A stretch of 64,000 bases of DNA from Myxococcota bacterium (lineage in GTDB: Bacteria; Myxococcota_A; UBA9160; SZUA-336). Below, one piece after another: positions 1 to 9,035 of the stretch (positions are counted from its first letter, which is position 1; every line of letters starts with the position of its first letter). The position numbers and the translations under genes are program-made. The stretch spans positions 1,498,669-1,562,668 of the forward strand of contig CBDFGR010000002.1 in NCBI GenBank assembly GCA_965247115.1, given 5' to 3'. Below the pieces are notes generated by a model, which saw only the letters and a list, made by a program, of their open reading frames with translations, was not told the DNA's origin and did not search any database.

Positions 1-642
1 CAGGGCGCGCACGCTCACGTCTACCGCAACGAGGCCGCGCAGGCTCGTGGTGAGCGAGGGCAGTCCCGTCTCCAGGTTGGCGGTGTCCGAAAGGATGATC
101 ACGTCGGCGGAGAGACGCTCGCGATGGGCGCGCAGGAACTCCGCCAGGTGTGGAGACCCGATCTCCTCCTCGCCCTCGACGATCAGCTTGACGTTCGTCG
201 GCAGCTCGGAGCTCGCCTCGAGCCAGGCGCGCAGCGCAGCAAGGTGCAGCATCAGTCCCGCCTTGTCGTCGACCACCCCGCGTCCATACAGACGACCATC
301 CGCGCGGTATGTGGGCTCGAAGGGCGGCGACTCCCAAAGCTCCTCGCGCCCCGGGGGCTGAACGTCGTGGTGCGCGTAGATCAGCACGGTCGTCGCAGCG
401 GGTCCGTGGTCCACGCGTTCTCCGACGACGTAGGGATGAGCCCCACCCTGGGCCACGACCTCCACCTTCGAAAGCCCCGTGTCCCGCAGCAGCTCGGCCA
501 CCGCGTCGGCCGAGCGCGCCACCTGCGCCGGCTCGAAGCCCGCCGCGGACACACCCGGAATGCGAGCAAGCTCGCACAGTTGCGCGAACGTTCGAGCGAA
601 GCCCTGCTCTAGCGCCGCGAGGGCCTGCTCGAGCTGCGCCAT
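1..642 (-). CDS. M20 family metallopeptidase (ArgE/DapE-like), partial: C-terminal part lies beyond window start
   Basis: Reverse-strand translation from ATG (complement of 640-642) reads MAQLEQALAALEQGF...HHDVQPPG...GRGVVDDKAG...EGEEEIGS, motifs typical of M20 peptidases. Absent from ORF track because no stop codon occurs before the window edge. Confidence 0.7.
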   Translation of the reverse strand, partial: MAQLEQALAALEQGFARTFAQLCELARIPGVSAAGFEPAQVARSADAVAELLRDTGLSKVEVVAQGGAHPYVVGERVDHGPAATTVLIYAHHDVQPPGREELWESPPFEPTYRADGRLYGRGVVDDKAGLMLHLAALRAWLEASSELPTNVKLIVEGEEEIGSPHLAEFLRAHRERLSADVIILSDTANLETGLPSLTTSLRGLVAVDVSVRAL

Positions 643-689
643 CACTCCTCCCCAAACGGCAGAGTAGCAGAGCCGTTAGAATCCCCCGC

Positions 690-2246
690 ATGAGCTGGAA
701 GCCCGAGGTGGACGGAATCGAGCAACGCCGTCGGCTCGCTCTATTGCAGGGCGGAGAGGACGCGATCCGCACCCAGCACGAGCGTGGCCGGCTTACGATT
801 CGCGAACGCATCGACGGCCTATTCGACCGCGGCACATTCCAGGAGCAGGGGCCGATCGCGGGCGTATCTGACGTCGACGACAGGGGCGAGCTCATCGGCT
901 TCAGCCCGGCGAACTACGTGCTAGGCCTCGGGCGCATCGATGGACGCCTCGTCGCGGTGGGCGGCGAGGACTTTACGCTGCGCGGCGGCTCGCCCTCTCC
1001 GGCGGGCTTCCGCAAGTCCGTAATGGCGGAGGAGCTCGCGTGCCGCTACCGGGTACCGCTCGTTCGGTTCCTCGAGGGAGGGGGCGGCAGCGTGGCCCCG
1101 GCTCGGGGACCCGCGTCCGCGGCCACCGTCGAGTCGCCAGCGACCGCACCGCGGTTCATGAGCGTGATGCAGGCCATGGGAATGGTGCCAGTCGTCGCCG
1201 GTGCCATGGGAGCCGTCGCCGGTCTTCCGGCGGCGCGGCTAGCTGCCTCGCACCTCTCGATCATGACTGGGGATACGGCGCAGGTGATGATCGGCGGGCC
1301 CGCACTCGTCGAGCGGGCAACCGGACACTCGCTCTCCAAGGAAGAGCTCGGCGGCCCGAAGGTGCACCTGAAGAGTGGCGTGGTCGACAACGTCGCTCCC
1401 GACGAGCGCGGCGTGTTCGAGCAAGCCAGGCGCTTCCTGAGCTATCTGCCAACGAACGTCTGGGAGCGCGCTCCCCTTACGAGCTGCGACGACGCGCCGG
1501 ACCGCTGCGAGGAGGAGCTCCTGTCCATCATTCCCCGGGATCGCCGCAAGCCCTACAAGATGCGCAGGCTCATCGAGCTCCTCGTCGACCGCGGCAGCTT
1601 TTTCGAGATGTCGGCAGGCTACGGCCAGAGCCAGATCACCGGCCTGGCCCGTCTGAACGGCCAGCCCGTCGGTGTGCTCGCGAACGATCCCTACTTCTAC
1701 GCGGGTGCCATGACGGCAGCGGGCGCGCAGAAGGTGACGCGCTTCGTCGACCTGTGCGACACGTTCCACCTGCCGATCGTGAGTCTTGCCGATGAGCCCG
1801 GCTTCATGATCGGCCCGGAGGCGGAGCGCTCGGCAACGATCCGCTACGGGACCGCCACCCTGTTTGCGATCATGCAGTCGACCGTCCCCTGGGCCACGGT
1901 CATGGTACGCAAGACCTTCGGCGTTGCAGGTGCCGCGCACTTCGGTCCACACGGACACACGCTGGCCTGGCCGTCTGCCGAGTCCGGCGCGCTACCGCTC
2001 GAGGGCGGCGTCGCCGTCGCGTACCGACGAGAGATCGCCGCCGCACCCGACCCAGAAGCCAAGCGCCGCGAGCTCGAAGAGCAGCTCGCGAGCCGCCGCT
2101 CCCCCTACGCCAGCGCCGAAGGCTTCGGTGTCTCGGACCTGATCGACCCCCGCAACACGCGCCCCGCGCTCTGCAACTGGACCGAATGGATCCAGCCCCG
2201 CCTGGAACAGCACCTGGGCCCCCGCGCCTACACCGTTCGCCCGTGA
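690..2246 (+). CDS. acyl-CoA carboxylase carboxyltransferase subunit (propionyl-CoA carboxylase beta-like)
   Basis: In-frame ATG at 690 inside track ORF 309..2246; MSWKPEVDGIEQRRRLALLQGGEDAIRTQHERGRLTIRERIDGLFDRGTFQE... is a typical carboxyltransferase N-terminus; length about 518 aa fits. Confidence 0.8.
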   Translation: MSWKPEVDGIEQRRRLALLQGGEDAIRTQHERGRLTIRERIDGLFDRGTFQEQGPIAGVSDVDDRGELIGFSPANYVLGLGRIDGRLVAVGGEDFTLRGGSPSPAGFRKSVMAEELACRYRVPLVRFLEGGGGSVAPARGPASAATVESPATAPRFMSVMQAMGMVPVVAGAMGAVAGLPAARLAASHLSIMTGDTAQVMIGGPALVERATGHSLSKEELGGPKVHLKSGVVDNVAPDERGVFEQARRFLSYLPTNVWERAPLTSCDDAPDRCEEELLSIIPRDRRKPYKMRRLIELLVDRGSFFEMSAGYGQSQITGLARLNGQPVGVLANDPYFYAGAMTAAGAQKVTRFVDLCDTFHLPIVSLADEPGFMIGPEAERSATIRYGTATLFAIMQSTVPWATVMVRKTFGVAGAAHFGPHGHTLAWPSAESGALPLEGGVAVAYRREIAAAPDPEAKRRELEEQLASRRSPYASAEGFGVSDLIDPRNTRPALCNWTEWIQPRLEQHLGPRAYTVRP

Positions 2247-2328
2247 GCTCGCGCTCAATCGTTCGCGTTCGGCCGGGGCGATCGAATAGCATGGGGTGGA
2301 GGCCCCGAGAACGGGTCGCGGAGCGTCG

Positions 2329-3261
2329 ATGGATCTCAAGGTTCGGATCGGGGTAGGGACGGCGACGTTTCCCTTCTCGAGCGCCGGCGCATACTGGCGT
2401 TGGGTCGACCTGCTGGAGTCGAGCAACGTCGACTCGCTGTGGCAAACGGACCGGCTGACGGGGAGGCAGCCCTTTCTCGAGGCCATGAGCGCGATGGCGG
2501 CACTGGCAGGGGCGACGGACAGGCTCAAGTTCGGGATGAACGCGGTGGTCGTGAGCCTTCGCGATCCGCTACTGCTGGCCAAGCAGTGCGCGACCATCGA
2601 CTACCTGAGCGACGGGCGGCTCTTGCCCGTCTTCGGAGTCGGTGGGGACAACGCGCCGGAGTGGAAAGCCACGGGCAGGAGCCCGAGGCGTCGCGGGCGC
2701 CTGGCAGACGAAGCCCTGGAGATCATGCGCCGACTCTGGACCGAAGAGCGCGTCAGCTTCGAGGGTGAGCACTTCCACTACCACGAGGCCAGCATCGCGC
2801 CGCGCCCGGTCCAGAAACCGCTGCCACTGTGGATCGGCGGCAGCAGCAAGGCGGCGATCCGCCGCACCGCGCGACTCGGCACAGGCTGGCTCGCCGGCAT
2901 CCAGTCTCCAGCACAGGTCAAGCCCGTCGTCGCCGCGATCAAGGAGGCGGCCGCCGAAGCCGGGCGCAAGATCGACGCAGATCACTACGGCGCCGGCATC
3001 CCCTTCTTCTTCGGGAGCTGGGACGATCCGGAGGTCGAGCAGATCGCGCGGGCCCGGGGGAGACTTCCCGGTGGAGCCGATCCCCGGAGCTACTTCGCGA
3101 TCGGCGACGCCGCGGCCGTTCTCAACCGCATCCGAGAGTACCGAGACGCGGGCGCCTTCAAGTTCGTGCTGATTCCGATCGCTCGGGGAGACCGCGCGAT
3201 CAGCGAGCAGACACAGCGCCTGGTCGAGGAGGTTCTGCCCGTCGCGCACGCCTGGACCTGA
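2329..3261 (+). CDS. luciferase-like (LLM class) flavin/F420-dependent oxidoreductase
   Basis: ATG at 2329 inside ORF 2296..3261; MDLKVRIGVGTATFPF...LWQTDRL...GRLLPVFGVGG pattern of LLM family; about 310 aa. Confidence 0.7.
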   Translation: MDLKVRIGVGTATFPFSSAGAYWRWVDLLESSNVDSLWQTDRLTGRQPFLEAMSAMAALAGATDRLKFGMNAVVVSLRDPLLLAKQCATIDYLSDGRLLPVFGVGGDNAPEWKATGRSPRRRGRLADEALEIMRRLWTEERVSFEGEHFHYHEASIAPRPVQKPLPLWIGGSSKAAIRRTARLGTGWLAGIQSPAQVKPVVAAIKEAAAEAGRKIDADHYGAGIPFFFGSWDDPEVEQIARARGRLPGGADPRSYFAIGDAAAVLNRIREYRDAGAFKFVLIPIARGDRAISEQTQRLVEEVLPVAHAWT

Positions 3262-3310
3262 TCGCGCCGCTGCGCTCAGGCCGCTGGCACGACACGCCGA
3301 TCCGGTTCGC

Positions 3311-4927
3311 ATGGCCGTGTCCGAGCAAGCTCATCCCGCGCTAGTCGTCCGCGGCTCCTGTAGCGAGTGCGGCGGTCCGTTTCGCGCCGGCATCTGGGAC
3401 CACTCGTTCCACTGCGAATACTGCGGGTCTCTCCTGCTGTCGAAGCGCGAGCTGGGCGGCGAAGTGTACGTCGTCACCTCGGGGCGGAACCTCGCGGTGC
3501 TCGACGTGATCATCGCGAGGGAGTCGGATGAGCTGCGCTCCAGGCTGGCCGGGCGTTACAGGAGCGATGACGGCCTGAGCCTGGAGCTCCCCGCGTTCGT
3601 CGAGGCCAAGGTGACCACGCTCCAGGCGGAGCTGCGCGCCTCGCTCGAGCTCGTGGAGACGATCGACTTCTTCGCCCCGTACCTGGTTCGCGAGCAGACC
3701 GTCATGCAGGGCATCCTGGGCAGGCGACGGGGCCTGAAGGAGTCCTTCGTCCAGGCTTTTCTCGTGGAAGAGCTGGCGCGCCGGTACGACGCCTCGGACT
3801 TCAACCTGCGGGACCGCGGCCTCAAGATCCGGGGCCTGGAGCTGCAGCTCCTGCGCGACACTCACTTCGCCGAGAGCGAGCCCCGCTTCCTTGAGGCCAA
3901 CACGGCTGCGGAGTTCGACTCGCGTCTGGATCGCTCGGCGTTTCGCGTGCGAGCCGACACCCAGATCATCAGCCGCATTCACGACACGACGCGTGAGCGC
4001 CGCCTCAGCGTCTACAAGCACATGAGCTACGCCTGCGTGAAGCGCGACGCTGCTCCCGAGCGCTACCTGATCGACCGCCAGTTCGACGGCATCGCAGGCA
4101 GGCCCTCGGCGGAGGAGGCCGAGCGGTTTCGAGCCCTGCCGCTCCGGCCGATCTCCCAGGTCCTGGTGCCACCGGACATCCGGGCGATCGCGTCGCAGTG
4201 TCCGAACTGCGGCTGGGAGCTGGAGCTGCCAGCGCGAGAGAGCATCGTCTTCTGTCCTACCTGCTGGCTCGGCGTGTCGGTGACACCGGAGGGGCTTCAG
4301 GCGCACACCTACCGGGTCGAGCAGGCGCAGCCTCTGAGCCATGACCGGCGGCTGCTCTATTTCCCGTTCTGGGCGTTTCCTTTCCGGGTGCGCGCGGAGG
4401 GCGCGCTCTACACGCGACTCTGGGACTGGCTGGCCGCAGTCTCCCCCCAGCCGCTGGCGGAGCAGTTCCGCGAGACGGACCTGCCGGAGAGCACGTTCTT
4501 CCTGCCGGCGCGCGAGGTCTTCGGCAGTCCAGAGCTGGACGACGTGTTTGCCCAGCTCACCGGTTGGGTGAACTGGCGCCAGCCCGAGCTGCTTCGGGAT
4601 CGCCCGCCACCCGCCGAGCGGACGAGCGCGCTCGGCGTGGAGCTCTCGCCCGCCGAGGCCTGGAAGCTCGCTCGCTTTGCCCTGCTCGCACTGCACGACG
4701 ACCAGAGCACGCGCCGCCTGAACGGCGGCAACTTCGGCCGGTACCTGGCGGAGGCGGAGACTCTGCAGGGCTCCGCGTTCCTGGCCCTCGTCCCGCTCAT
4801 CAGCAGGGGCGAGGACTGGGACCCGGGTCTCAAACTACTGGGCTCCAGCGTGCGGGGGTTTCCCATGGCCCGGATCGAGGGCAGCGCCGCCAGGGCGCGA
4901 CTGACCAAGAGCTTCAACCTCGTGTGA
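3311..4927 (+). CDS. hypothetical protein with two CxxC...CxxC zinc-ribbon motifs
   Basis: ORF track 538 aa; CSECGG...HCEYCG near N-terminus and CPNCGW...CPTCW mid-protein; no family recognised by eye. First gene of a co-directional cluster with 5016..5504 and 5510..6646. Confidence 0.5.
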   Translation: MAVSEQAHPALVVRGSCSECGGPFRAGIWDHSFHCEYCGSLLLSKRELGGEVYVVTSGRNLAVLDVIIARESDELRSRLAGRYRSDDGLSLELPAFVEAKVTTLQAELRASLELVETIDFFAPYLVREQTVMQGILGRRRGLKESFVQAFLVEELARRYDASDFNLRDRGLKIRGLELQLLRDTHFAESEPRFLEANTAAEFDSRLDRSAFRVRADTQIISRIHDTTRERRLSVYKHMSYACVKRDAAPERYLIDRQFDGIAGRPSAEEAERFRALPLRPISQVLVPPDIRAIASQCPNCGWELELPARESIVFCPTCWLGVSVTPEGLQAHTYRVEQAQPLSHDRRLLYFPFWAFPFRVRAEGALYTRLWDWLAAVSPQPLAEQFRETDLPESTFFLPAREVFGSPELDDVFAQLTGWVNWRQPELLRDRPPPAERTSALGVELSPAEAWKLARFALLALHDDQSTRRLNGGNFGRYLAEAETLQGSAFLALVPLISRGEDWDPGLKLLGSSVRGFPMARIEGSAARARLTKSFNLV

Positions 4928-5015
4928 GAGCTCCTCAAGCTGGGCCCGGAGCACGCCGAAGCACCTCTTTGCACCTGGCGCTCTTGACCTTCGCTGACGA
5001 ACGGGGAGCACGGCT

Positions 5016-5504
5016 TTGACAGATCTCAATCGAGTGATTCGCGGCCAGAGGAACGCCCTCGAGGCCCTGGTCCAGCACGTCCCCGGCTTTCGCGGCTACT
5101 TCGATCGGGAGAATCGGCGCGAGGCAGACCGTCTGGTCCGCGACTTCGGCGTGACCCGGCTCGAGCGTCTTTGCTCGGAGCTCAGCGAGACCACCAAGCA
5201 GGCTGCGCTCTCCGAGATGGACACCTATCAGGAGACGATCAACCAGGCGGAGACTCTGCGCAACGCCCTGCGCCATGCCGACCAGGGCTACTCGGGCTTT
5301 TTCGCGGAGATCAAGTGGGACGACGAGGACGCCCTGCAGGCCGTCTACTGCCTGGACCTGGAGCTGGTCCTCGACATCGAAGCACTCGTCTCGGACTTCG
5401 ATTCCGGAGCACCCGCGCCCGAACGACTTCGCGGCGAGCTCGTAGGACTCAAACGCAGGCTCGAAGATCGCCGCGCCGCGATCCTCGGCCTGGTCGGGGA
5501 GTGA
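5016..5504 (+). CDS. hypothetical small protein (about 160 aa)
   Basis: ORF track 162 aa; codon at 5016 is TTG (alternative GTG at 5034); stop 6 nt before the next gene start, suggesting co-transcription. No recognisable motif. Confidence 0.4.
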   Translation: MTDLNRVIRGQRNALEALVQHVPGFRGYFDRENRREADRLVRDFGVTRLERLCSELSETTKQAALSEMDTYQETINQAETLRNALRHADQGYSGFFAEIKWDDEDALQAVYCLDLELVLDIEALVSDFDSGAPAPERLRGELVGLKRRLEDRRAAILGLVGE

Positions 5505-5509
5505 GCGGC

Positions 5510-6646
5510 ATGTCGCAGTTCATCGAGGTCATCGAAAGCCTGGACACAACGGGCGACACCATCGTGTCGCGCTATCCCGCGGACGGTTCCGCCGAGATCA
5601 AGCTGGGGGCGCAGCTCGTCGTCCGTGAGAGCCAGGCGGCGGTTTTCTTCCGAGACGGACGAGCTCTGGATACGCTCGGGCCGGGGCGCCACACGCTGTC
5701 GACGCTGAACGTGCCCATCCTGACCAAGGTGCTGTCGCTGCCGACCGGGTTCACGAGCCCCTTCCGCGCGGAGGTCTACTTCCTGAACCTCAAGACCTTC
5801 ACGAATCAGAAGTGGGGAACCACAGAGCCCATCCTGTTCCGCGACGAGGAGCTGTCGATGGTTCGGCTGCGCTCGTTCGGCATGTTCTCGTTCCGGATCA
5901 CAAACGCCCAGGTGTTTCTCAACACGCTCTCCGGGACCGTCGGACGCCTTTACACCGACTGCATCGCGTCGTTCTTCCGCAGCTTCATCATCACGCAGGT
6001 CGCGGACTTCCTCGGCGAGCACCTGCGGAGCGTGCTCGACCTCGCGCAGTACTACAACGAGCTGAGCGCGGGCATCAAGGCGCACCTGATCTCGGACTTC
6101 GAGAAGTACGGCGTCACCGTCAGCGACTTCAAGATCCTGTCGATCTCGCCGCCCGACCACGTCCAGGAGATGATCGACAAGCGGGCCGGCATCGCGGCTG
6201 TTGGCAGCTTGGACAACTTCCTGCGCTATCAGGCCGGACACGCGCTGGGTATGGTCGGCGAGGCGGAGGGTGGAGAGGGCAGCTCCCTCTTGGGAGCCGG
6301 CGTCGGTCTCGGTGCCGGTGTGGGGATGGGCACCGGCGTTGCCGGCATGGTCTCGCAGGCGCTGTCCGGTGCAACGACTGGAGCTGCCGCGACAGGCTCG
6401 GTCTGCGCACGCTGTGCCGGCCAGATTCCGCCGGGCGCCGGCTTCTGTCCTGGTTGCGGAGGCCCGGTTGCGACCGCAACGAGCTGTACCAGCTGCCAGG
6501 CAAACGTCCCCGATGCGGCGAACTTCTGCCCCCAGTGCGGGGCCCAGCAAGGCGGCGCGCCATGTCCGAATTGCGAGGAGCAGATCGCGCTGGAGGCTCG
6601 TTTCTGCCCGAGCTGCGGGCACGGGCTCGAGGATCCCGGCGCCTAG
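5510..6646 (+). CDS. SPFH/band-7 (stomatin/flotillin-like) domain protein with three C-terminal zinc-ribbon motifs (COG4260-like)
   Basis: ATG at 5510 inside ORF 5171..6646; MSQFIEVIES...RESQAAVFFRDGRALDTLGPGRH... SPFH-like N-domain, Gly-rich linker, then CARCAG..CPGCGG, CTSCQ..CPQCG, CPNCEE..CPSCGH. Confidence 0.7.
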   Translation: MSQFIEVIESLDTTGDTIVSRYPADGSAEIKLGAQLVVRESQAAVFFRDGRALDTLGPGRHTLSTLNVPILTKVLSLPTGFTSPFRAEVYFLNLKTFTNQKWGTTEPILFRDEELSMVRLRSFGMFSFRITNAQVFLNTLSGTVGRLYTDCIASFFRSFIITQVADFLGEHLRSVLDLAQYYNELSAGIKAHLISDFEKYGVTVSDFKILSISPPDHVQEMIDKRAGIAAVGSLDNFLRYQAGHALGMVGEAEGGEGSSLLGAGVGLGAGVGMGTGVAGMVSQALSGATTGAAATGSVCARCAGQIPPGAGFCPGCGGPVATATSCTSCQANVPDAANFCPQCGAQQGGAPCPNCEEQIALEARFCPSCGHGLEDPGA

Positions 6647-6685
6647 CAGCAATCCGGGGCGGACCCGCTTAGACTTGGCTCCGAG

Positions 6686-8050
6686 ATGGGTCAGGGCTTA
6701 CTTACCGATCTGTACCAGATCACGATGGCCAACGCCTACTGGAACAGTGGCTTGGCCGAGCGCGAGGCGGTCTTCCAGCTCTACTTCCGCCGGAACCCGT
6801 TCGGCGGGGGCTATGCAGTGGCTGCGGGGCTGGCCGCGGCGATTGACTCACTGGAGTCCCTGTCTTTCGACGACGAGGATCTGGCCTACCTCGCGAAGCT
6901 CCAGGGAAACGACGGCCGCCCGCTCCTGGACCGAGGGTTCCTGGCGGGGCTCCGAAGCCTGCGCTTCGACTCCGACCTCGACGCGGTGCCTGAGGGGACC
7001 GTGGTGTTCGAGGGGGAGCCGTTGCTGCGCGTCCGCGGCGCCATCGTCCAGTGCCAGCTGGTCGAGACGGCTCTCCTGAACCTGCTGAACTTCCAGACCC
7101 TGGTGGCAACGAAGGCGGCCCGAGTCTGCCTCGCAGCGGCCGGAGATCCGGTGCTCGAGTTCGGGCTCCGGCGCGCGCAGGGACCGGATGGCGGGGTGTC
7201 GGCCAGTCGCGCCGCCTATCTCGGCGGCTGCGCCGCGACCTCGAACGTGCTGGCTGGCAAGCGCTTCGGCATCCCGGTCCGCGGCACGCACGCTCACAGC
7301 TGGGTCATGGCCTTCGACAGCGAGCAGGGGGCCTTCGAGGCGTGGGCCGAGGCTATGCCGAACAACTGCGTCTTCCTGGTGGACACCTACGACACGCTGG
7401 CGGGGGTGCGTCTGGCCGTGAAGGTGGGAACCCGTCTGCGCGAGCGCGGCCACGAGCTTGCCGGCGTCCGGCTCGATTCGGGGGATCTTGCCGATCTGAG
7501 TGTGGCGGCGCGCCAGCTGCTCGACGCGAGTGGCTTCCCGAAAGCGGAGATCGTGGCCAGCAACGATCTCGACGAGCACGCGATCGAAGCGCTCAAGCGA
7601 CGAGGCGCTGCCGTCAGCGTCTGGGGAGTCGGGACTCGGCTCGCCACCGCGCACGACGATCCGGCCCTTGGCGGGGTGTTCAAGCTGGCGGCAATGCGAG
7701 ATGCGGAGGGCCGCTGGACCTATCCCGTGAAACACTCGGAGGACCCGGAGAAGTCGACGCTGCCTGGCATCCACCAGACGCGCCGCTTTCTGCACGGCCG
7801 CAAGTTCCTGCGAGACCTGATTTTCGACGCGGAGCTCGGCGCGGACCAGACCGACGAGCCACACGAGGATCTCCTCAGACCAGTTCTGCGGTCCGGACGC
7901 CGGGTCGAAGAGCCCCCTACCCTGGACGAGTCGCGCGCGCACGCGCTCGATCAGCTCGCGCGGCTTCCCGCCGGGACGAAGCGGCTCGTGAACCCCGACC
8001 CCTATCCGGTGGAGGTCGACACCCGCCTCGCAGCCCGCACGCGCACGTGA
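6686..8050 (+). CDS. pncB: nicotinate phosphoribosyltransferase
   Basis: 454-aa ORF; [15 protein letters not shown]...[13 protein letters not shown]...VDTYDT motifs characteristic of PncB. Confidence 0.9.
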   Translation: MGQGLLTDLYQITMANAYWNSGLAEREAVFQLYFRRNPFGGGYAVAAGLAAAIDSLESLSFDDEDLAYLAKLQGNDGRPLLDRGFLAGLRSLRFDSDLDAVPEGTVVFEGEPLLRVRGAIVQCQLVETALLNLLNFQTLVATKAARVCLAAAGDPVLEFGLRRAQGPDGGVSASRAAYLGGCAATSNVLAGKRFGIPVRGTHAHSWVMAFDSEQGAFEAWAEAMPNNCVFLVDTYDTLAGVRLAVKVGTRLRERGHELAGVRLDSGDLADLSVAARQLLDASGFPKAEIVASNDLDEHAIEALKRRGAAVSVWGVGTRLATAHDDPALGGVFKLAAMRDAEGRWTYPVKHSEDPEKSTLPGIHQTRRFLHGRKFLRDLIFDAELGADQTDEPHEDLLRPVLRSGRRVEEPPTLDESRAHALDQLARLPAGTKRLVNPDPYPVEVDTRLAARTRT

Positions 8051-8175
8051 GAGCACTCATCCTCGTCGACCTGCAGAACGACTTCCTGCCCGGAGGCTCG
8101 CTCGCGGTGCCCGATGGAAACGGCGTGATCGACGTCGCCAACGCGGTCCAACCCCGCTTCCCCCTGGTCGTCTGA
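8047..8175 (+). pseudogene. pncA: nicotinamidase/isochorismatase-family (pncA-like) N-terminal remnant, 42 codons then stop
   Basis: GTG at 8047 overlapping pncB stop; [42 protein letters not shown] matches PncA N-terminus (about 190 aa expected); no continuation in other frames before the convergent gene at 8240. Confidence 0.5.
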
Positions 8176-8239
8176 GTCCGCCGAGGGACGTTCCCGACCT
8201 CCGAGGTCTGGCTGCTTGGGCTTGCGACCGCGGCGCAAC

Positions 8240-9034
8240 TTACGGAGAGATCAGCTTCGAGAGCGTGTGGAGCGCCCGCTCCATGCGCGGGCCGTACCAG
8301 CTCAGGAGCTCGCCCTCGATCACATGGATCCTACCGCTACGAGCTGCGGCGCAATCGAGCTGCAAGAGCTCGTTCCGATCGGACTCACCGAAGCAGTACG
8401 GCTCCGTGGGCAGAAGGATCACCTCCGGTGCGGACTCCTCCAGTCGGCGCTCGTCGATGCGCGGATAGCGCTTCTGGCCAGCAAAGCAGTTGACGCCACC
8501 GCAGACCCGCATGAGATCGTGCGCGAAGGTGTCCTCACCGACCGCCATGTATGGGTGCTTCCAGATGAGCGCCGCCACCCGGTCTCCTTCCTCGCGCGGG
8601 GAGGTCTTTGCCCGCGCGAGTTCGACACGCAGGGCGATCTGCTCCGCTACGGGTGAGGTTCCCGTCAATAGGCCAAGTGTGCGGATGTCTTCGATGGCCT
8701 CGGCGAGCGTGCGCGCGTACGTGACGAACACCCGTACACCCGCGGCTTCCAGGCGCTCAACGTCGCGCCGCCGGTTCTCCTCCTTGTTCGCGATGACCAG
8801 ATCGGGCTCCAGGCCCAGGATCGTGTCGAGCGAGGGATTCTTCGTCCCTCCGACGTGGGTCTTAGAGTGCACGCCCTCCGTCGGGTGAACACAGAACTCG
8901 GTAACTCCAACGATCTCGATGTCCAGACCGAGAGCGAAGAGCGTCTCGGTGATCGACGGGACGAGCGACACGACTCGCTGCGGAGGGCGCTCAAAGTCGT
9001 GGCTCCTGCCGAGCGCGTCCAGGATTCGCGGCAT
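8240..9034 (-). CDS. periplasmic substrate-binding protein, TroA/BtuF-like (ABC-type cobalamin or Fe3+-siderophore binding fold)
   Basis: 264-aa ORF; RVVSLVPSITETLFALGL...VGVTEFC...PDLVIA and ...EVILLPTEPY pattern of class III periplasmic binding proteins. No ABC permease or ATPase adjacent. Confidence 0.65.
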   Translation of the reverse strand: MPRILDALGRSHDFERPPQRVVSLVPSITETLFALGLDIEIVGVTEFCVHPTEGVHSKTHVGGTKNPSLDTILGLEPDLVIANKEENRRRDVERLEAAGVRVFVTYARTLAEAIEDIRTLGLLTGTSPVAEQIALRVELARAKTSPREEGDRVAALIWKHPYMAVGEDTFAHDLMRVCGGVNCFAGQKRYPRIDERRLEESAPEVILLPTEPYCFGESDRNELLQLDCAAARSGRIHVIEGELLSWYGPRMERALHTLSKLISP

Positions 9035-9035
9035 C

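Noticed and set aside
3341-4696. Long antisense ORFs in the six-frame track (e.g. 3341..4696 -, 5345..6652 -, 12144..13460 +, 34739..36622 +, 38383..38922 -, 56635..58002 +)
   Set aside because: Each lies opposite a gene with clear family motifs; in GC-rich DNA long stop-free antisense frames are expected, and their translations are Arg/Ala/Pro-rich low-complexity sequence.
7051-8046. Track ORF 7051..8175 + as a 374-aa protein
   Set aside because: Only the last 42 codons (from GTG 8047) resemble a real protein (PncA); the rest is an alternative frame inside pncB.
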